Assembly (NCBI GenBank): GCA_964533375.1
Contig: CAZHLW010000001.1
Coordinates: 144,063-208,062, forward strand
Length of the DNA stretch: 64,000 bases
DNA from: an uncultured Candidatus Peribacteria bacterium
GTDB lineage: Bacteria; Patescibacteriota; Gracilibacteria; Peribacterales; Peribacteraceae
Direction: 5' to 3'
Both the position numbers and the translations under genes were made by a program. A model generated the notes under the pieces. It had not been told where the DNA came from. It searched no databases and saw only the letters and a program-made list of their open reading frames with translations. Of the stretch, positions 35,260 to 44,120 are shown in pieces. How positions within the stretch are numbered: position 1 is the first letter of the stretch; the number at the start of each line of letters is the position of its first letter.

Positions 35260-36279
35260 ATGGTTACGCAAAGCAGACCCACACAGGAGCTAGCGGAGTT
35301 GCATTTCCATCTCGGACAATCGGTCGAGCCTCACGTGTTGTGGGCTATTGCGCATGAACAGGGAATTAAGCTGCCTAGTAAGGATTACTGGGAGTTTTAC
35401 GATTTGGTCACGCTCAACAAGGATTCGGTTACCTGGGACGATTACCATAAACTTTTCCACCTGACAGAACTGGTCCAGAGTTCACCGGTTGCGATGGAGC
35501 GGACGCTCTACGAAGTCATTTCCGGTGCATATCGTGTAAACAACATCACCCTGCAGGAGCCGGGCTTTAACCCGCTCTACAGAAACCGCGAAGGCGAGCG
35601 CGATCTGGACATGATCATCCTCGCGGCACTGCGCGGTATGGAACGTGCGCTCACGGAATTCCCGCAGATCCGCGCCGGTCTTATCCTCATGCTCGACCGC
35701 CGCCTGCCGAAAGACGTCAACGCCATCATCGTGAAGAAAGCTATCAAGTACCGCAGCCGCGGTATTGTCGGTATCGATATTGCCGGCCCACTGCCGAAGG
35801 ATGTGAAATTTGATTACGCCGATTACGCCGATTTGTACGCTGAGGCCCGTGCCAACGGTCTCAAGACTACTGTGCATACAGGAGAAGACGGCACCGCCGA
35901 AGAAATGAACCATGTGATCGACTCCCTCCCGCTCGACCGTCTCAACCACGGTTTCCGCGCCTACACCGATCCAAAACTGATGGAGAAAGTTCGCAAGAAA
36001 GACCTCACGATGTGTTTGTGTCCCACCTCCAACCTCAGCGTCGGATTTATCAAAGACGGTGCACACCTGAAAGAAGTGCTGCGCACCCTCTGGAACAACG
36101 GCGTGAAGTTCTGTGTGAACACCGATAACCCGTCCATGCTTCGCACGAACCTCAAGAAGGAAATCGGGCTGCTGCGGGAAAACGACATCTTCAACGAAGA
36201 CGAAATCAACCAGATCATCCGCTGGGCGTTTGAATGTACGTTCATTCCGACGGAACCCGGTCGTAATTTGTATCTTTGA
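35260..36279 (+). CDS. add: Adenosine/adenine deaminase family metallohydrolase (divergent motifs)
   Basis: ELHFHLGQS, VHTGEDG, and CVNTDNPSM where canonical enzymes have NTDDP. Confidence 0.75.
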   Translation: MVTQSRPTQELAELHFHLGQSVEPHVLWAIAHEQGIKLPSKDYWEFYDLVTLNKDSVTWDDYHKLFHLTELVQSSPVAMERTLYEVISGAYRVNNITLQEPGFNPLYRNREGERDLDMIILAALRGMERALTEFPQIRAGLILMLDRRLPKDVNAIIVKKAIKYRSRGIVGIDIAGPLPKDVKFDYADYADLYAEARANGLKTTVHTGEDGTAEEMNHVIDSLPLDRLNHGFRAYTDPKLMEKVRKKDLTMCLCPTSNLSVGFIKDGAHLKEVLRTLWNNGVKFCVNTDNPSMLRTNLKKEIGLLRENDIFNEDEINQIIRWAFECTFIPTEPGRNLYL

Positions 36280-36291
36280 TCTTTCTAGTGT

Positions 36292-36353
36292 CATGGTGAG
36301 CTCGTCGAACCATGCACGTCTCTTCTCTTCCACCCTTCGACGGGCTCAGGGTG
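36292..36353. repeat. Two REP-like hairpins in opposite orientation
   Basis: CATGG-TGAGCTCGTCGAA-CCATG (36292-36314) and CACCC-TTCGACGGGCTCA-GGGTG (36331-36353). The second loop is the reverse complement of the first with one substitution. Confidence 0.75.
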
Positions 36354-36366
36354 ACACTTTCCCATT

Positions 36367-37530
36367 ATGGCAAAAAAATCTTCCTCATCGGCATCATCAA
36401 AAATCATCATGGATGGTCTGACGTTTGATGATCTCCTGCTCCTCCCGAACTACACCACGTTCCCTCGCGAGAAAGCAGAACTCACGACCAGGCTGCATCC
36501 GTCGATCACCTTAAAATTGCCGATCATCTCTTCGCCAATGGACACAGTCACGGAAACCGATATGGCGATTGCGATGGCGCAGAATGGGGGACTGGGCATC
36601 ATTCATCGTAACCTGCAGGTTGCTGCCCAGAAGGCGATGGTCGAAGCGGTAAAGAAGGTCAAGGTTAAGGTTGAGGAGAAGGGAACGGCGAGCTTGGATA
36701 AGCAGGGACGATACTTGGTAGGCGCGGCCATTGGTGCCGGTGCCGATATGGAAGAGCGTGTGAAGGCGTTGGTCAGCGCAGGTGTCGACGTCATCGTTGT
36801 CGATAGCGGCCATGGTCACAGCCAGTACATCATGGATTGTGTGACCTTCATCAAGAAAAACTACAAAGGCAAAGTCGTCGTCATGGCGGGCAACGTTGCG
36901 ACCTACGACGGAGCCAAAGCGATGATGAAAGCAGGCGCCGATATTCTTCGCGTGGGCGTCGGTCCCGGCAGTATCTGCACGACGCGTGTGGTGACCGGTA
37001 TGGGTGTTCCGCAAGTCACAGCCCTCATGGAAGTTGCTCGCGCTGTGAAAGGATCGAAGGTGACGTTTGTCGCAGACGGCGGAATCCGCCAGATGGGGGA
37101 CATGGCCAAGGCGCTCGCCACAGGTGCTGCAGCCGTCATGCTCGGTTCCATGCTTGCTGGTTACGAACAGTCTCCGGGCGAGAAGCGGAAGTGGGAAGGC
37201 AGTTGGTACAAGCAGTACCGCGGCATGGGATCGATTGGTGCTATGCAGAAAGGGGGAGCGGAACGCTACGGACAGAACATGAAAACGGAAGCCAAGAAGC
37301 TGGTGGCAGAAGGAGTCGAAGGCCTCGTCCCCTTTAAAGGCGACGCCGATGATTTCCTCTACCAGGCCGCAGGCGCACTGCGCTCTGCGTTTTATTATCT
37401 CGGCAGCAAAAACATCAGCGAGTTCCACAAGAAGGCGAAGTTCGTGAAGATTACGCAGGCGAGTCTGCAGGAGAGTCATCCGCATAGTTTGAGTGCGATT
37501 ACGGATATGGGCGGGTCGTATAGGCGTTAA
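36367..37530 (+). CDS. guaB: IMP dehydrogenase, short form lacking the CBS (Bateman) subdomain
   Basis: GLTFDDLLLLPNYT, SSPMDTVTE, VVDSGHGHS, GVGPGSICTTRVVTGMGVPQ, ADGGIRQMGD, GSMLAG. The CBS position is occupied by KKVKVKVEEKGTASLDKQGRYLV. Confidence 0.92.
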   Translation: MAKKSSSSASSKIIMDGLTFDDLLLLPNYTTFPREKAELTTRLHPSITLKLPIISSPMDTVTETDMAIAMAQNGGLGIIHRNLQVAAQKAMVEAVKKVKVKVEEKGTASLDKQGRYLVGAAIGAGADMEERVKALVSAGVDVIVVDSGHGHSQYIMDCVTFIKKNYKGKVVVMAGNVATYDGAKAMMKAGADILRVGVGPGSICTTRVVTGMGVPQVTALMEVARAVKGSKVTFVADGGIRQMGDMAKALATGAAAVMLGSMLAGYEQSPGEKRKWEGSWYKQYRGMGSIGAMQKGGAERYGQNMKTEAKKLVAEGVEGLVPFKGDADDFLYQAAGALRSAFYYLGSKNISEFHKKAKFVKITQASLQESHPHSLSAITDMGGSYRR

Positions 37531-37642
37531 AATGCTTATTTAGGGCAATGAGTTGTATTTGCATGTTTTTATAATAGTTTTATAATAATAAATAGGTGAG
37601 TTATTTCGATTCACTTTCCTTCACACTCGTCGGCAAAGGACA

Positions 37643-37987
37643 ATGTCCATGTTACGAAAGCGTATTATAACTGCGATCTGTTTGTTGGATGTAGCCTTTA
37701 TGGTCGTGATCGGTGTACTCGACGCTACTGGCTATATTGGACGCCCCCTGGCTATCAATATATTTGGGTGGCAGGGCGTCCTCAGTTTGCTTGGTGCGTA
37801 TGCCCTGATCTCTTTCAAGGCAATCGATCAAGGTGGCATTTATCAGATCTTGAATCTGATTGGTGCTGGTGGTCTCGCTTTGACCGCCTCGCAAACTAAA
37901 AACTACCAGTCTCTGGTGGTACAGGTGTTCTGGATGCTGATTGGGGTCACCGCCCTTGCTAGACGGCAAACCGATCCCGAGGGTTAA
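37643..37987 (+). CDS. Small 3-4 TM membrane protein, function unknown
   Basis: Hydrophobic helices, preceded by an AT-rich promoter-like region and followed by a terminator. Confidence 0.55.
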   Translation: MSMLRKRIITAICLLDVAFMVVIGVLDATGYIGRPLAINIFGWQGVLSLLGAYALISFKAIDQGGIYQILNLIGAGGLALTASQTKNYQSLVVQVFWMLIGVTALARRQTDPEG

Positions 37988-38015
37988 TCCCAGACATGTG
38001 TCGTCGACTGAAGGT

Positions 38016-38040
38016 GCCCGGGTAATGCCGGGCTTTTTTT
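38016..38040 (+). terminator. Rho-independent terminator
   Basis: Stem GCCCGG / CCGGGC with a 6-nt loop and a T7 run. The T run overlaps the stop codon of the convergent ppnN-like gene. Confidence 0.75.
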
Positions 38041-39436
38041 ATTGTGGCCCGCTTGTATGCAGGGTGTAGCAAGGTTCATATTTCTCTGCCCGCATTCTTT
38101 TCTGGGCAATGAAAACAGTTAACAATTTATCCAGTGCTTCAAGAATATCCGGATCACCCTGTATTTGATATTTTCCATGCTCCTGAATTTCTTTCATTCC
38201 TTGCGCCGTCACGCTTCCGTGAACGATTGCTTTACAAAGTTTACGCAGTTCAGCTGCCAATTGTGAAAGAGGTTGATCCCGATGTATCTGCAATGCTGCG
38301 ACACTTTCGTGTGTCGGAATAAAGGGGGTCTGGAATTCTTCAGGAATATACAGACTACGATTCCATTCGTCGGAATCATCGGTGTCATCGCGTGCCAAGT
38401 CAACGTACTGCATTTCCTTTTTCATCCATTCTGCCACTTGTTGCGGTGAGTCGATGATCGTTTGGTATTGAGTAGCCATTTTTGGACCAAGCACTGTTTT
38501 AATGAATTCGTCGATTGCAGCGACATATTGCAATGATTCCTTATTCCCCGTGAGAGCAATCGGCAAATACTGATTCTTGTTTTGCTCGTTTGTTTTTACT
38601 CCCAACTGAAGAAGTAGTTCTTCCAATGTGCCCACCCCTCCCGGAAGGAAAACAATTCCATGCATGCGGCGCGTGAACGCTTCCAGTCTTTTTTCAATGT
38701 CCGGCAGAATGACAAGATCAGTCACGTACACATTTGGTGGTTCTGCTGCAATAATTTCCGGTGCGGTAAATCCCATCTGTCTGGAGCCATTGATCTTCTG
38801 CTGATGGAATCCTTTATGAACACCTTTCAGCGTGCCGCGCATGGTGCCCGGCCCCCCTCCGGAGATTCCTTCAAATCCACGCAGGCCGAACTCTTCTCCC
38901 ACTCTTTTGCTGTAACGATAATCTGCAGGTCCAATCGTATGTCCGCCTTGGAACACTACTTGATAAAAACGTCTGAATTTTCTTTGTTGCCTGGATGCGT
39001 CACCATTTAGTAAACCCGCGTCCTCAATCATTCTTTCAACTAATGCACTTCTTCCTTTTCCATCAGTCGCATGTGAGAAATTCAATGCCTGATATGCCAT
39101 ATCCCGAATAGCTGCTGCCAGATGCCCTTTGCGAAGTGCAGTAATGTCGCCATCGATAAATGCATTTGCAGGACTATTTTCTATACCAAGACTGACACTC
39201 TGTTTGGATTTTTTAAGGTTAATGCCAAAGTCGGGATAGTCGTGGACAAGGTTATGTGTGTGATTCATGCTGTCATCCGCTCCTAAAATACCCAGGCAAC
39301 AGGTAGCAAGTTTTCCTCGAACAATTTCTGCCAAATCACCAGTCTCAGCTGTTAACGCTTCAATAACAGGAGAGGGGAGGTGGCTAAGTGGCGGCCCCTC
39401 GAAGGTGATCGTTGCTTTGTCGATCTTCCCCGGCAT
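38039..39436 (-). CDS. ppnN: LOG-family nucleotide 5'-monophosphate nucleosidase (PpnN/YgdH-like)
   Basis: About 465 aa with GGGPGTMRGTLKG and PGGVGTLEELL LOG motifs flanked by N- and C-terminal extensions, as in E. coli PpnN. Confidence 0.75.
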   Translation of the reverse strand: MPGKIDKATITFEGPPLSHLPSPVIEALTAETGDLAEIVRGKLATCCLGILGADDSMNHTHNLVHDYPDFGINLKKSKQSVSLGIENSPANAFIDGDITALRKGHLAAAIRDMAYQALNFSHATDGKGRSALVERMIEDAGLLNGDASRQQRKFRRFYQVVFQGGHTIGPADYRYSKRVGEEFGLRGFEGISGGGPGTMRGTLKGVHKGFHQQKINGSRQMGFTAPEIIAAEPPNVYVTDLVILPDIEKRLEAFTRRMHGIVFLPGGVGTLEELLLQLGVKTNEQNKNQYLPIALTGNKESLQYVAAIDEFIKTVLGPKMATQYQTIIDSPQQVAEWMKKEMQYVDLARDDTDDSDEWNRSLYIPEEFQTPFIPTHESVAALQIHRDQPLSQLAAELRKLCKAIVHGSVTAQGMKEIQEHGKYQIQGDPDILEALDKLLTVFIAQKRMRAEKYEPCYTLHTSGPQ

Positions 39437-39554
39437 ACGTTTATAACTATAGAATTATATTTAAAAAAGTAAAGTATCTGTTTTCTCTTCCCTCATCGTG
39501 CGGATTCGTTATAATGCTCTCGGGCTTCTCCCCGTAATCCGCCCAGTTTCTCCT

Positions 39555-41204
39555 ATGATTCCACCTAAGAAAGAATCAACGGAAACCACACATACACGCT
39601 TTATTATCGTCACCGGAGGAGTCTGCAGCTCACTGGGAAAGGGAATCGCCGCCGCTTCGATCGGCGCTATTTTAAAGACATGCGGACTGAAGGTCTTTGT
39701 GCAGAAACTTGATCCGTATCTGAACGTGGATCCGGGAACCATGAGTCCGTTCCAGCATGGCGAAGTGTTTGTCACAGATGATGGCGCCGAGACGGATCTG
39801 GACCTTGGACACTATGAGCGTTTCATTGATGAACCAATGAGTAAGTTGAGCACTGTCACAACCGGAAAGATCTATACCGATGTCCTCGCGCGCGAGCGTA
39901 AAGGAGATTTCCTCGGGGGAACTATTCAGGTGGTGCCGCATATTACGGATGCCATCAAAGGTGTTATTACCAATGCAGCCAGCAAGACGAATGCGGACAT
40001 CATGATGGTGGAAATTGGCGGAACGGTGGGAGACATTGAAGGAGAGCCGTTCCTGGAAGCCATCCGCCAGCTTCGAAATGACCTTGGACCGCAGAGACTT
40101 TTCCATGTGCACCTCACATTGCTCCCATATCTGAAAGGATCAAAAGAACTGAAGACCAAGCCGACGCAGCTTTCTGTGCGTGAACTCCGTCGCATCGGCC
40201 TGCAGCCGGATATGATCCTCACGCGTGCGGATTATAAAATCGCTGATGATCTCCTGGATAAAATCAGCACGTTCTGCGGAGTGGAGCGTGAAGCGGTTAT
40301 CCCGGCTCCCACCCTGCATTCCATTTACGATGTGCCGCTCGGACTCAACCAGTATCACATCGCGCAGATTATCGGCAAGAAGCTCGCACTCGGGGAACTG
40401 CATCCGGATATGACGGAGTGGGAAGAGGGAAAGAAGCGCCACGAGGCAGTCAGCAAAGAGGTGAAGATTGCATTGGTCGGAAAATACACGAACCTGGAAG
40501 ATGCTTACCTGAGTGTGATAGAAGCCATTAAAGCCGCAGGTGTGTTTGAAAGTGCGAAGGTCGAATTCCTGTGGGTTGATAGCGAAAAGCTCGATGCAAA
40601 CGATGAAGAAACATGGAACATGCTCCGTTCTGCAGATGGCATCGTGGTACCCGGAGGCTTCGGAAAGCGCGGCATCGAAGGAAAAATCAAAGCGGCAAAA
40701 TATGCACGAACGGAAAAGGTGCCGTATCTGGGACTCTGTCTCGGATCACAAATCCTCGCGATTGAATTTGCGCGCGATGTGCTGGGGGACAAAGTGCTCA
40801 CCAGTGAAGAATTCGACGAAGAAGATGCGCTCACTCCGGACAAGTACGTGGTGCACTTCCTGCCGGGTCAGCACAAGGGAAAGGAAAAGGGCGGCACGCT
40901 GCGTCTGGGTGCGTACGACTGTAAACTGCTTCCGGGTTCAAAGGCGCATGCGCTCTACGGCACAGACATGATTTCCGAGCGCCACAGACACCGCTACGAA
41001 TTCAATCAGACATTCCATAAGGATCTGGAAAAGAACGGACTGATTTTCTCCGGAAGTAATCCGGATACGGGACTGATGGAAATTGTGGAACTCAAGAATC
41101 ATCCGTTCATGATGGGAAGTCAGTTTCATCCGGAGTTCAAGAGCCGCCCGCACCGCCCGCACCCGCTGTTTGCCGGGTTTATGAAAGCAGTTGTTTCAAA
41201 GTAA
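39555..41204 (+). CDS. pyrG: CTP synthase
   Basis: RFIIVTGGVCSSLGKGI, DPYLNVDPGTMSPFQHGEVFVTDDGAETDLDLGHYERF, GLCLGSQ, HRHRYEFN. ATG at 39555. Confidence 0.94.
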   Translation: MIPPKKESTETTHTRFIIVTGGVCSSLGKGIAAASIGAILKTCGLKVFVQKLDPYLNVDPGTMSPFQHGEVFVTDDGAETDLDLGHYERFIDEPMSKLSTVTTGKIYTDVLARERKGDFLGGTIQVVPHITDAIKGVITNAASKTNADIMMVEIGGTVGDIEGEPFLEAIRQLRNDLGPQRLFHVHLTLLPYLKGSKELKTKPTQLSVRELRRIGLQPDMILTRADYKIADDLLDKISTFCGVEREAVIPAPTLHSIYDVPLGLNQYHIAQIIGKKLALGELHPDMTEWEEGKKRHEAVSKEVKIALVGKYTNLEDAYLSVIEAIKAAGVFESAKVEFLWVDSEKLDANDEETWNMLRSADGIVVPGGFGKRGIEGKIKAAKYARTEKVPYLGLCLGSQILAIEFARDVLGDKVLTSEEFDEEDALTPDKYVVHFLPGQHKGKEKGGTLRLGAYDCKLLPGSKAHALYGTDMISERHRHRYEFNQTFHKDLEKNGLIFSGSNPDTGLMEIVELKNHPFMMGSQFHPEFKSRPHRPHPLFAGFMKAVVSK

Positions 41205-41225
41205 ACGGGACTCTACGATAACCGT

Positions 41226-41957
41226 ATGCTTCTGGAAGTTTCCAAGGTTTCGTTTGCCATTCAGGATCACACGATTCTGCAGGATGTTTCTTTGAATGTG
41301 AAAGAAGGGGAGATTGTCGGACTAATCGGCCCCAATGGCTCGGGGAAGACCACGCTCTTCAACGTACTCTCCGGGTTTCTGATGCCGACCAATGGCACGA
41401 TCATCTACCGCAATCATGACATTACCCGCCTGCCTGCCGCCAAGCGCGCTGCAATCGGTATCGGGCGTGTGTTCCAGAACTTCGGCATTTTCCGCGATAT
41501 GACCCTCGAAGAGAATGTACTGGTGGCGCTGGAAGCGTTGCCGCGGGCGCAGCAGAAGGCACTTGGGAATCTGCGTCAGGTTGCGAAGGAGACGCTTACA
41601 ATGGTCGGGCTGGAATCCGGAGCACACCGTAAAGCGGGATCGCTCAGCGGCGGACAGATGCGGTTGCTGGAAATTGCGCGCACACTCAAAAGCGGCAAAG
41701 AGTTTTTTCTGCTGGATGAACCGACGGCTGGCGTCTCGCCCAAAATGACACAGCAGGTGGCCGATCTGATACGGGCGCTCAAGAACGAGGGAAAGACGGT
41801 TATCATCATCGAACACGATCTGCCGTTCATTTCCCGCATCTGCGACCGCGTGATTGTGATGGACGTCGGGCAGGTCGTTATCGACGGCAAGCCCGATCAG
41901 GTCCAGCGCTCGAAGGAACTGAAGGAACTCTACTTCGGAGCAGATCCTACGACGTAA
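41226..41957 (+). CDS. Branched-chain amino acid type ABC transporter ATP-binding protein
   Basis: GPNGSGKTT, LSGGQMRLLEIAR, LLDEPTAGV. Confidence 0.85.
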   Translation: MLLEVSKVSFAIQDHTILQDVSLNVKEGEIVGLIGPNGSGKTTLFNVLSGFLMPTNGTIIYRNHDITRLPAAKRAAIGIGRVFQNFGIFRDMTLEENVLVALEALPRAQQKALGNLRQVAKETLTMVGLESGAHRKAGSLSGGQMRLLEIARTLKSGKEFFLLDEPTAGVSPKMTQQVADLIRALKNEGKTVIIIEHDLPFISRICDRVIVMDVGQVVIDGKPDQVQRSKELKELYFGADPTT

Positions 41958-42027
41958 GGTCCAGGAGAAGGTTAAGGGGTAAGGGGTTTTTAAAAGAGTC
42001 CTTAACCTTAACCTCAATCTTGACCTC
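41955..42027. repeat. Hexamer-periodic palindromic element
   Basis: TAAGGTC CAGGAG AAGGTT AAGGGG TAAGGGG, a T5A4 loop, then CCTTAACC TTAACC TCAATC TTGACC TC. It starts inside the TAA stop of the ATPase gene. Confidence 0.85.
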
Positions 42028-42129
42028 AAATTGGTGACGAAAGAAAGTCGTCAGGCGAGGCAAAATACCATTGTCTAAGCTTGTTTTCAGACGATACAAT
42101 GATCTCCAATTTGTTACCCCATCTTTCCC

Positions 42130-43239
42130 ATGAAACGCGTAGCTCTTCTCGGCGCAGTGTCAGCTCTCCTGCTGGCTGCCTGTCAGCCGGGTTCCTCCGA
42201 TACCATCAAGATCGGATACATCGGTCCATTGACCGGTGATGCCGCAGCGCTCGGTGTCGATATCCTTGGCGGTGTCCGTATGGCCGTTGCCGATATCAAT
42301 ACTGCCGGCGGTATCAATGGAAAAACAGTCGAACTCATTGCCGAAGACGGCAAGTGCGCCAGCTCCGATGCGACATCTGCCGCACAGAAGCTTGTGAACA
42401 TCGACAAGGTTGTCGCCGTCCTCGGTGGACAGTGCAGCGGTGAAACGCTCGCAGCTGCTCCCGTTGCCGATCCTGCCAAAATTGTCATGATCTCGGGTAT
42501 TTCCAGTAATCCGACCGTCACAGACGCCGGTGACTACGTCTTCCGTGTGTATCCGAGTGATGCCCTCAAGACGAAGGCGATGGCTGCGTATTTCAAGCAG
42601 AAAGGCTACACGAAGGTCGGACTGGTGACCGAGAACAACGACTTCGCAACCGGTTTCCGTGCATCGCTCCTGAAAGATGTGCCGACAGGAACTATTGTGT
42701 TTGATGAAACGGTCGATCAGGGTGAGAAAGATTTCCGCACCCTCTTCACACGTTTGAAGGACACGGATATGGATGCAATGGTGATGAACGCCGGATCGAA
42801 CGCCGTGATGGGACAGATGATGAAACAGTTCCGTGAGGCCGGATTCGAGCAGCCGATTGTCAGCCATGACGTTGCCGATACGACCGATGTTCTGACAACG
42901 GTTGGCAGTGCCGGCAGAAACATTTTCGTTATCAACGTGCCGAACGCAGGAGAGGGAACATCCTTTGAAGAGGATTTCATCACTCAATTCGGAACACCGA
43001 AGGCAGGTATTACGTACGCAGCGTACGGTGCTGATTCTGCCGTGGTGCTGTTCAATGCTCTCAAGCAGGCAGACAGCGGAGAGGCTCTGCAGAAGGCTGT
43101 TGCCGCTACGAAGAACTTCAAGGGACTGGTCGGTACCATCGGCTTTGATGCCAATGGAGACGTGGTCGGTATCCCATACGCTCTCAAGCAGTATCAGTCA
43201 GGTGCTATCGTCAAAGTCAGCGACATTGCGGTAGACTAA
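42130..43239 (+). CDS. Liv-type ABC transporter substrate-binding lipoprotein
   Basis: Lipobox LLLAAC and a type I periplasmic binding fold pattern (IKIGYIGPLTGDAAALG...). Confidence 0.85.
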   Translation: MKRVALLGAVSALLLAACQPGSSDTIKIGYIGPLTGDAAALGVDILGGVRMAVADINTAGGINGKTVELIAEDGKCASSDATSAAQKLVNIDKVVAVLGGQCSGETLAAAPVADPAKIVMISGISSNPTVTDAGDYVFRVYPSDALKTKAMAAYFKQKGYTKVGLVTENNDFATGFRASLLKDVPTGTIVFDETVDQGEKDFRTLFTRLKDTDMDAMVMNAGSNAVMGQMMKQFREAGFEQPIVSHDVADTTDVLTTVGSAGRNIFVINVPNAGEGTSFEEDFITQFGTPKAGITYAAYGADSAVVLFNALKQADSGEALQKAVAATKNFKGLVGTIGFDANGDVVGIPYALKQYQSGAIVKVSDIAVD

Positions 43240-43243
43240 ACAG

Positions 43244-44119
43244 GTGCAACTTTTTGTGAATGCTCTCATCGCCGGCTCCCTGATGGCTCTTGTAGCCGGG
43301 GGGCTGGCGTTGGTGTATGGCGTGATGGGCGTGTTCAATCTGGCGCTGGGACAGACGGTGCTCTTCGGGGGATACGTTACGTGGTGGCTGCATACGATGG
43401 GGCTGCCGCTTTTCCCCAGTATCTGTGGGGGGCTTTTGGCCGGCGCAGCGCTCTCCTTTGTTCTGTACTACACCTGTATCAGCCCCTTTGCGGCCCGTCA
43501 CCGCTTTTTGCCACTAGTCACAACCATTGCCGCCAGCATGGTGCTGGATGGCTTGTTGCAGATGGCGTTCACAGAAACACCGCGCAGCATCTTCCCCGGA
43601 GAGAAACAGATGATGGTCCTCGGTGGTGCCCGTATCAGTCCGGAGCAGATGGTGTTGATTGTCACCACAATTCTTTTGCTTGGACTCTTTGCCTGGGTTT
43701 TTCATGCCACTGCGTTCGGTCGGCGTATCCGTGCAGTCACCCAGCATCATCATGCCGCGCTCTCTCTTGGGATTCGTGCTCCGCTTCTGAGAATGTGGGT
43801 GTTTATCGGGAGCGGGATTCTTGCGGCTGCAGGCGGTATTTTTCTGGGTATCGATCAATCGCTCACGCCTGTGATTGGTTTTGGTATTACCATCAAAGCG
43901 TATGCCGCGGTTATTGCGGGAGGGAAGGGGAATATCTGGGGAGCGATCCTGTGCGCGTACGCTATCGCGCTCTTCGAACAGTTACTGGTCGGCGTCCACT
44001 GGTTCGGGCTGTTCTATGTACCGGCCGGGTATCAGGAAACAGTCGCACTGATGGTCATTATTCTCCTGCTCCTCATTAAACCCGAGGGACTCTTCGGATT
44101 CATTCGCCGCTCCGCCTGA
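43244..44119 (+). CDS. Branched-chain amino acid ABC permease (LivH-like)
   Basis: GTG start. 8-TM permease with the LVYGVMGVFNLALG motif. Confidence 0.85.
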   Translation: MQLFVNALIAGSLMALVAGGLALVYGVMGVFNLALGQTVLFGGYVTWWLHTMGLPLFPSICGGLLAGAALSFVLYYTCISPFAARHRFLPLVTTIAASMVLDGLLQMAFTETPRSIFPGEKQMMVLGGARISPEQMVLIVTTILLLGLFAWVFHATAFGRRIRAVTQHHHAALSLGIRAPLLRMWVFIGSGILAAAGGIFLGIDQSLTPVIGFGITIKAYAAVIAGGKGNIWGAILCAYAIALFEQLLVGVHWFGLFYVPAGYQETVALMVIILLLLIKPEGLFGFIRRSA

Positions 44120-44120
44120 T

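Noticed and set aside
36511-37485. 324-aa minus-strand ORF opposite guaB. Similar antisense ORFs lie opposite add (35482-36333), pyrD (45052-45978, 45333-45962), rdgB (32418-33179), the Liv SBP (42160-42987), livG (41322-42029) and pyrK (45985-46626).
   Set aside because: Each overlaps a strongly supported conserved gene on the other strand and has Arg/His-rich, motif-free translations. I treat them as shadow ORFs.
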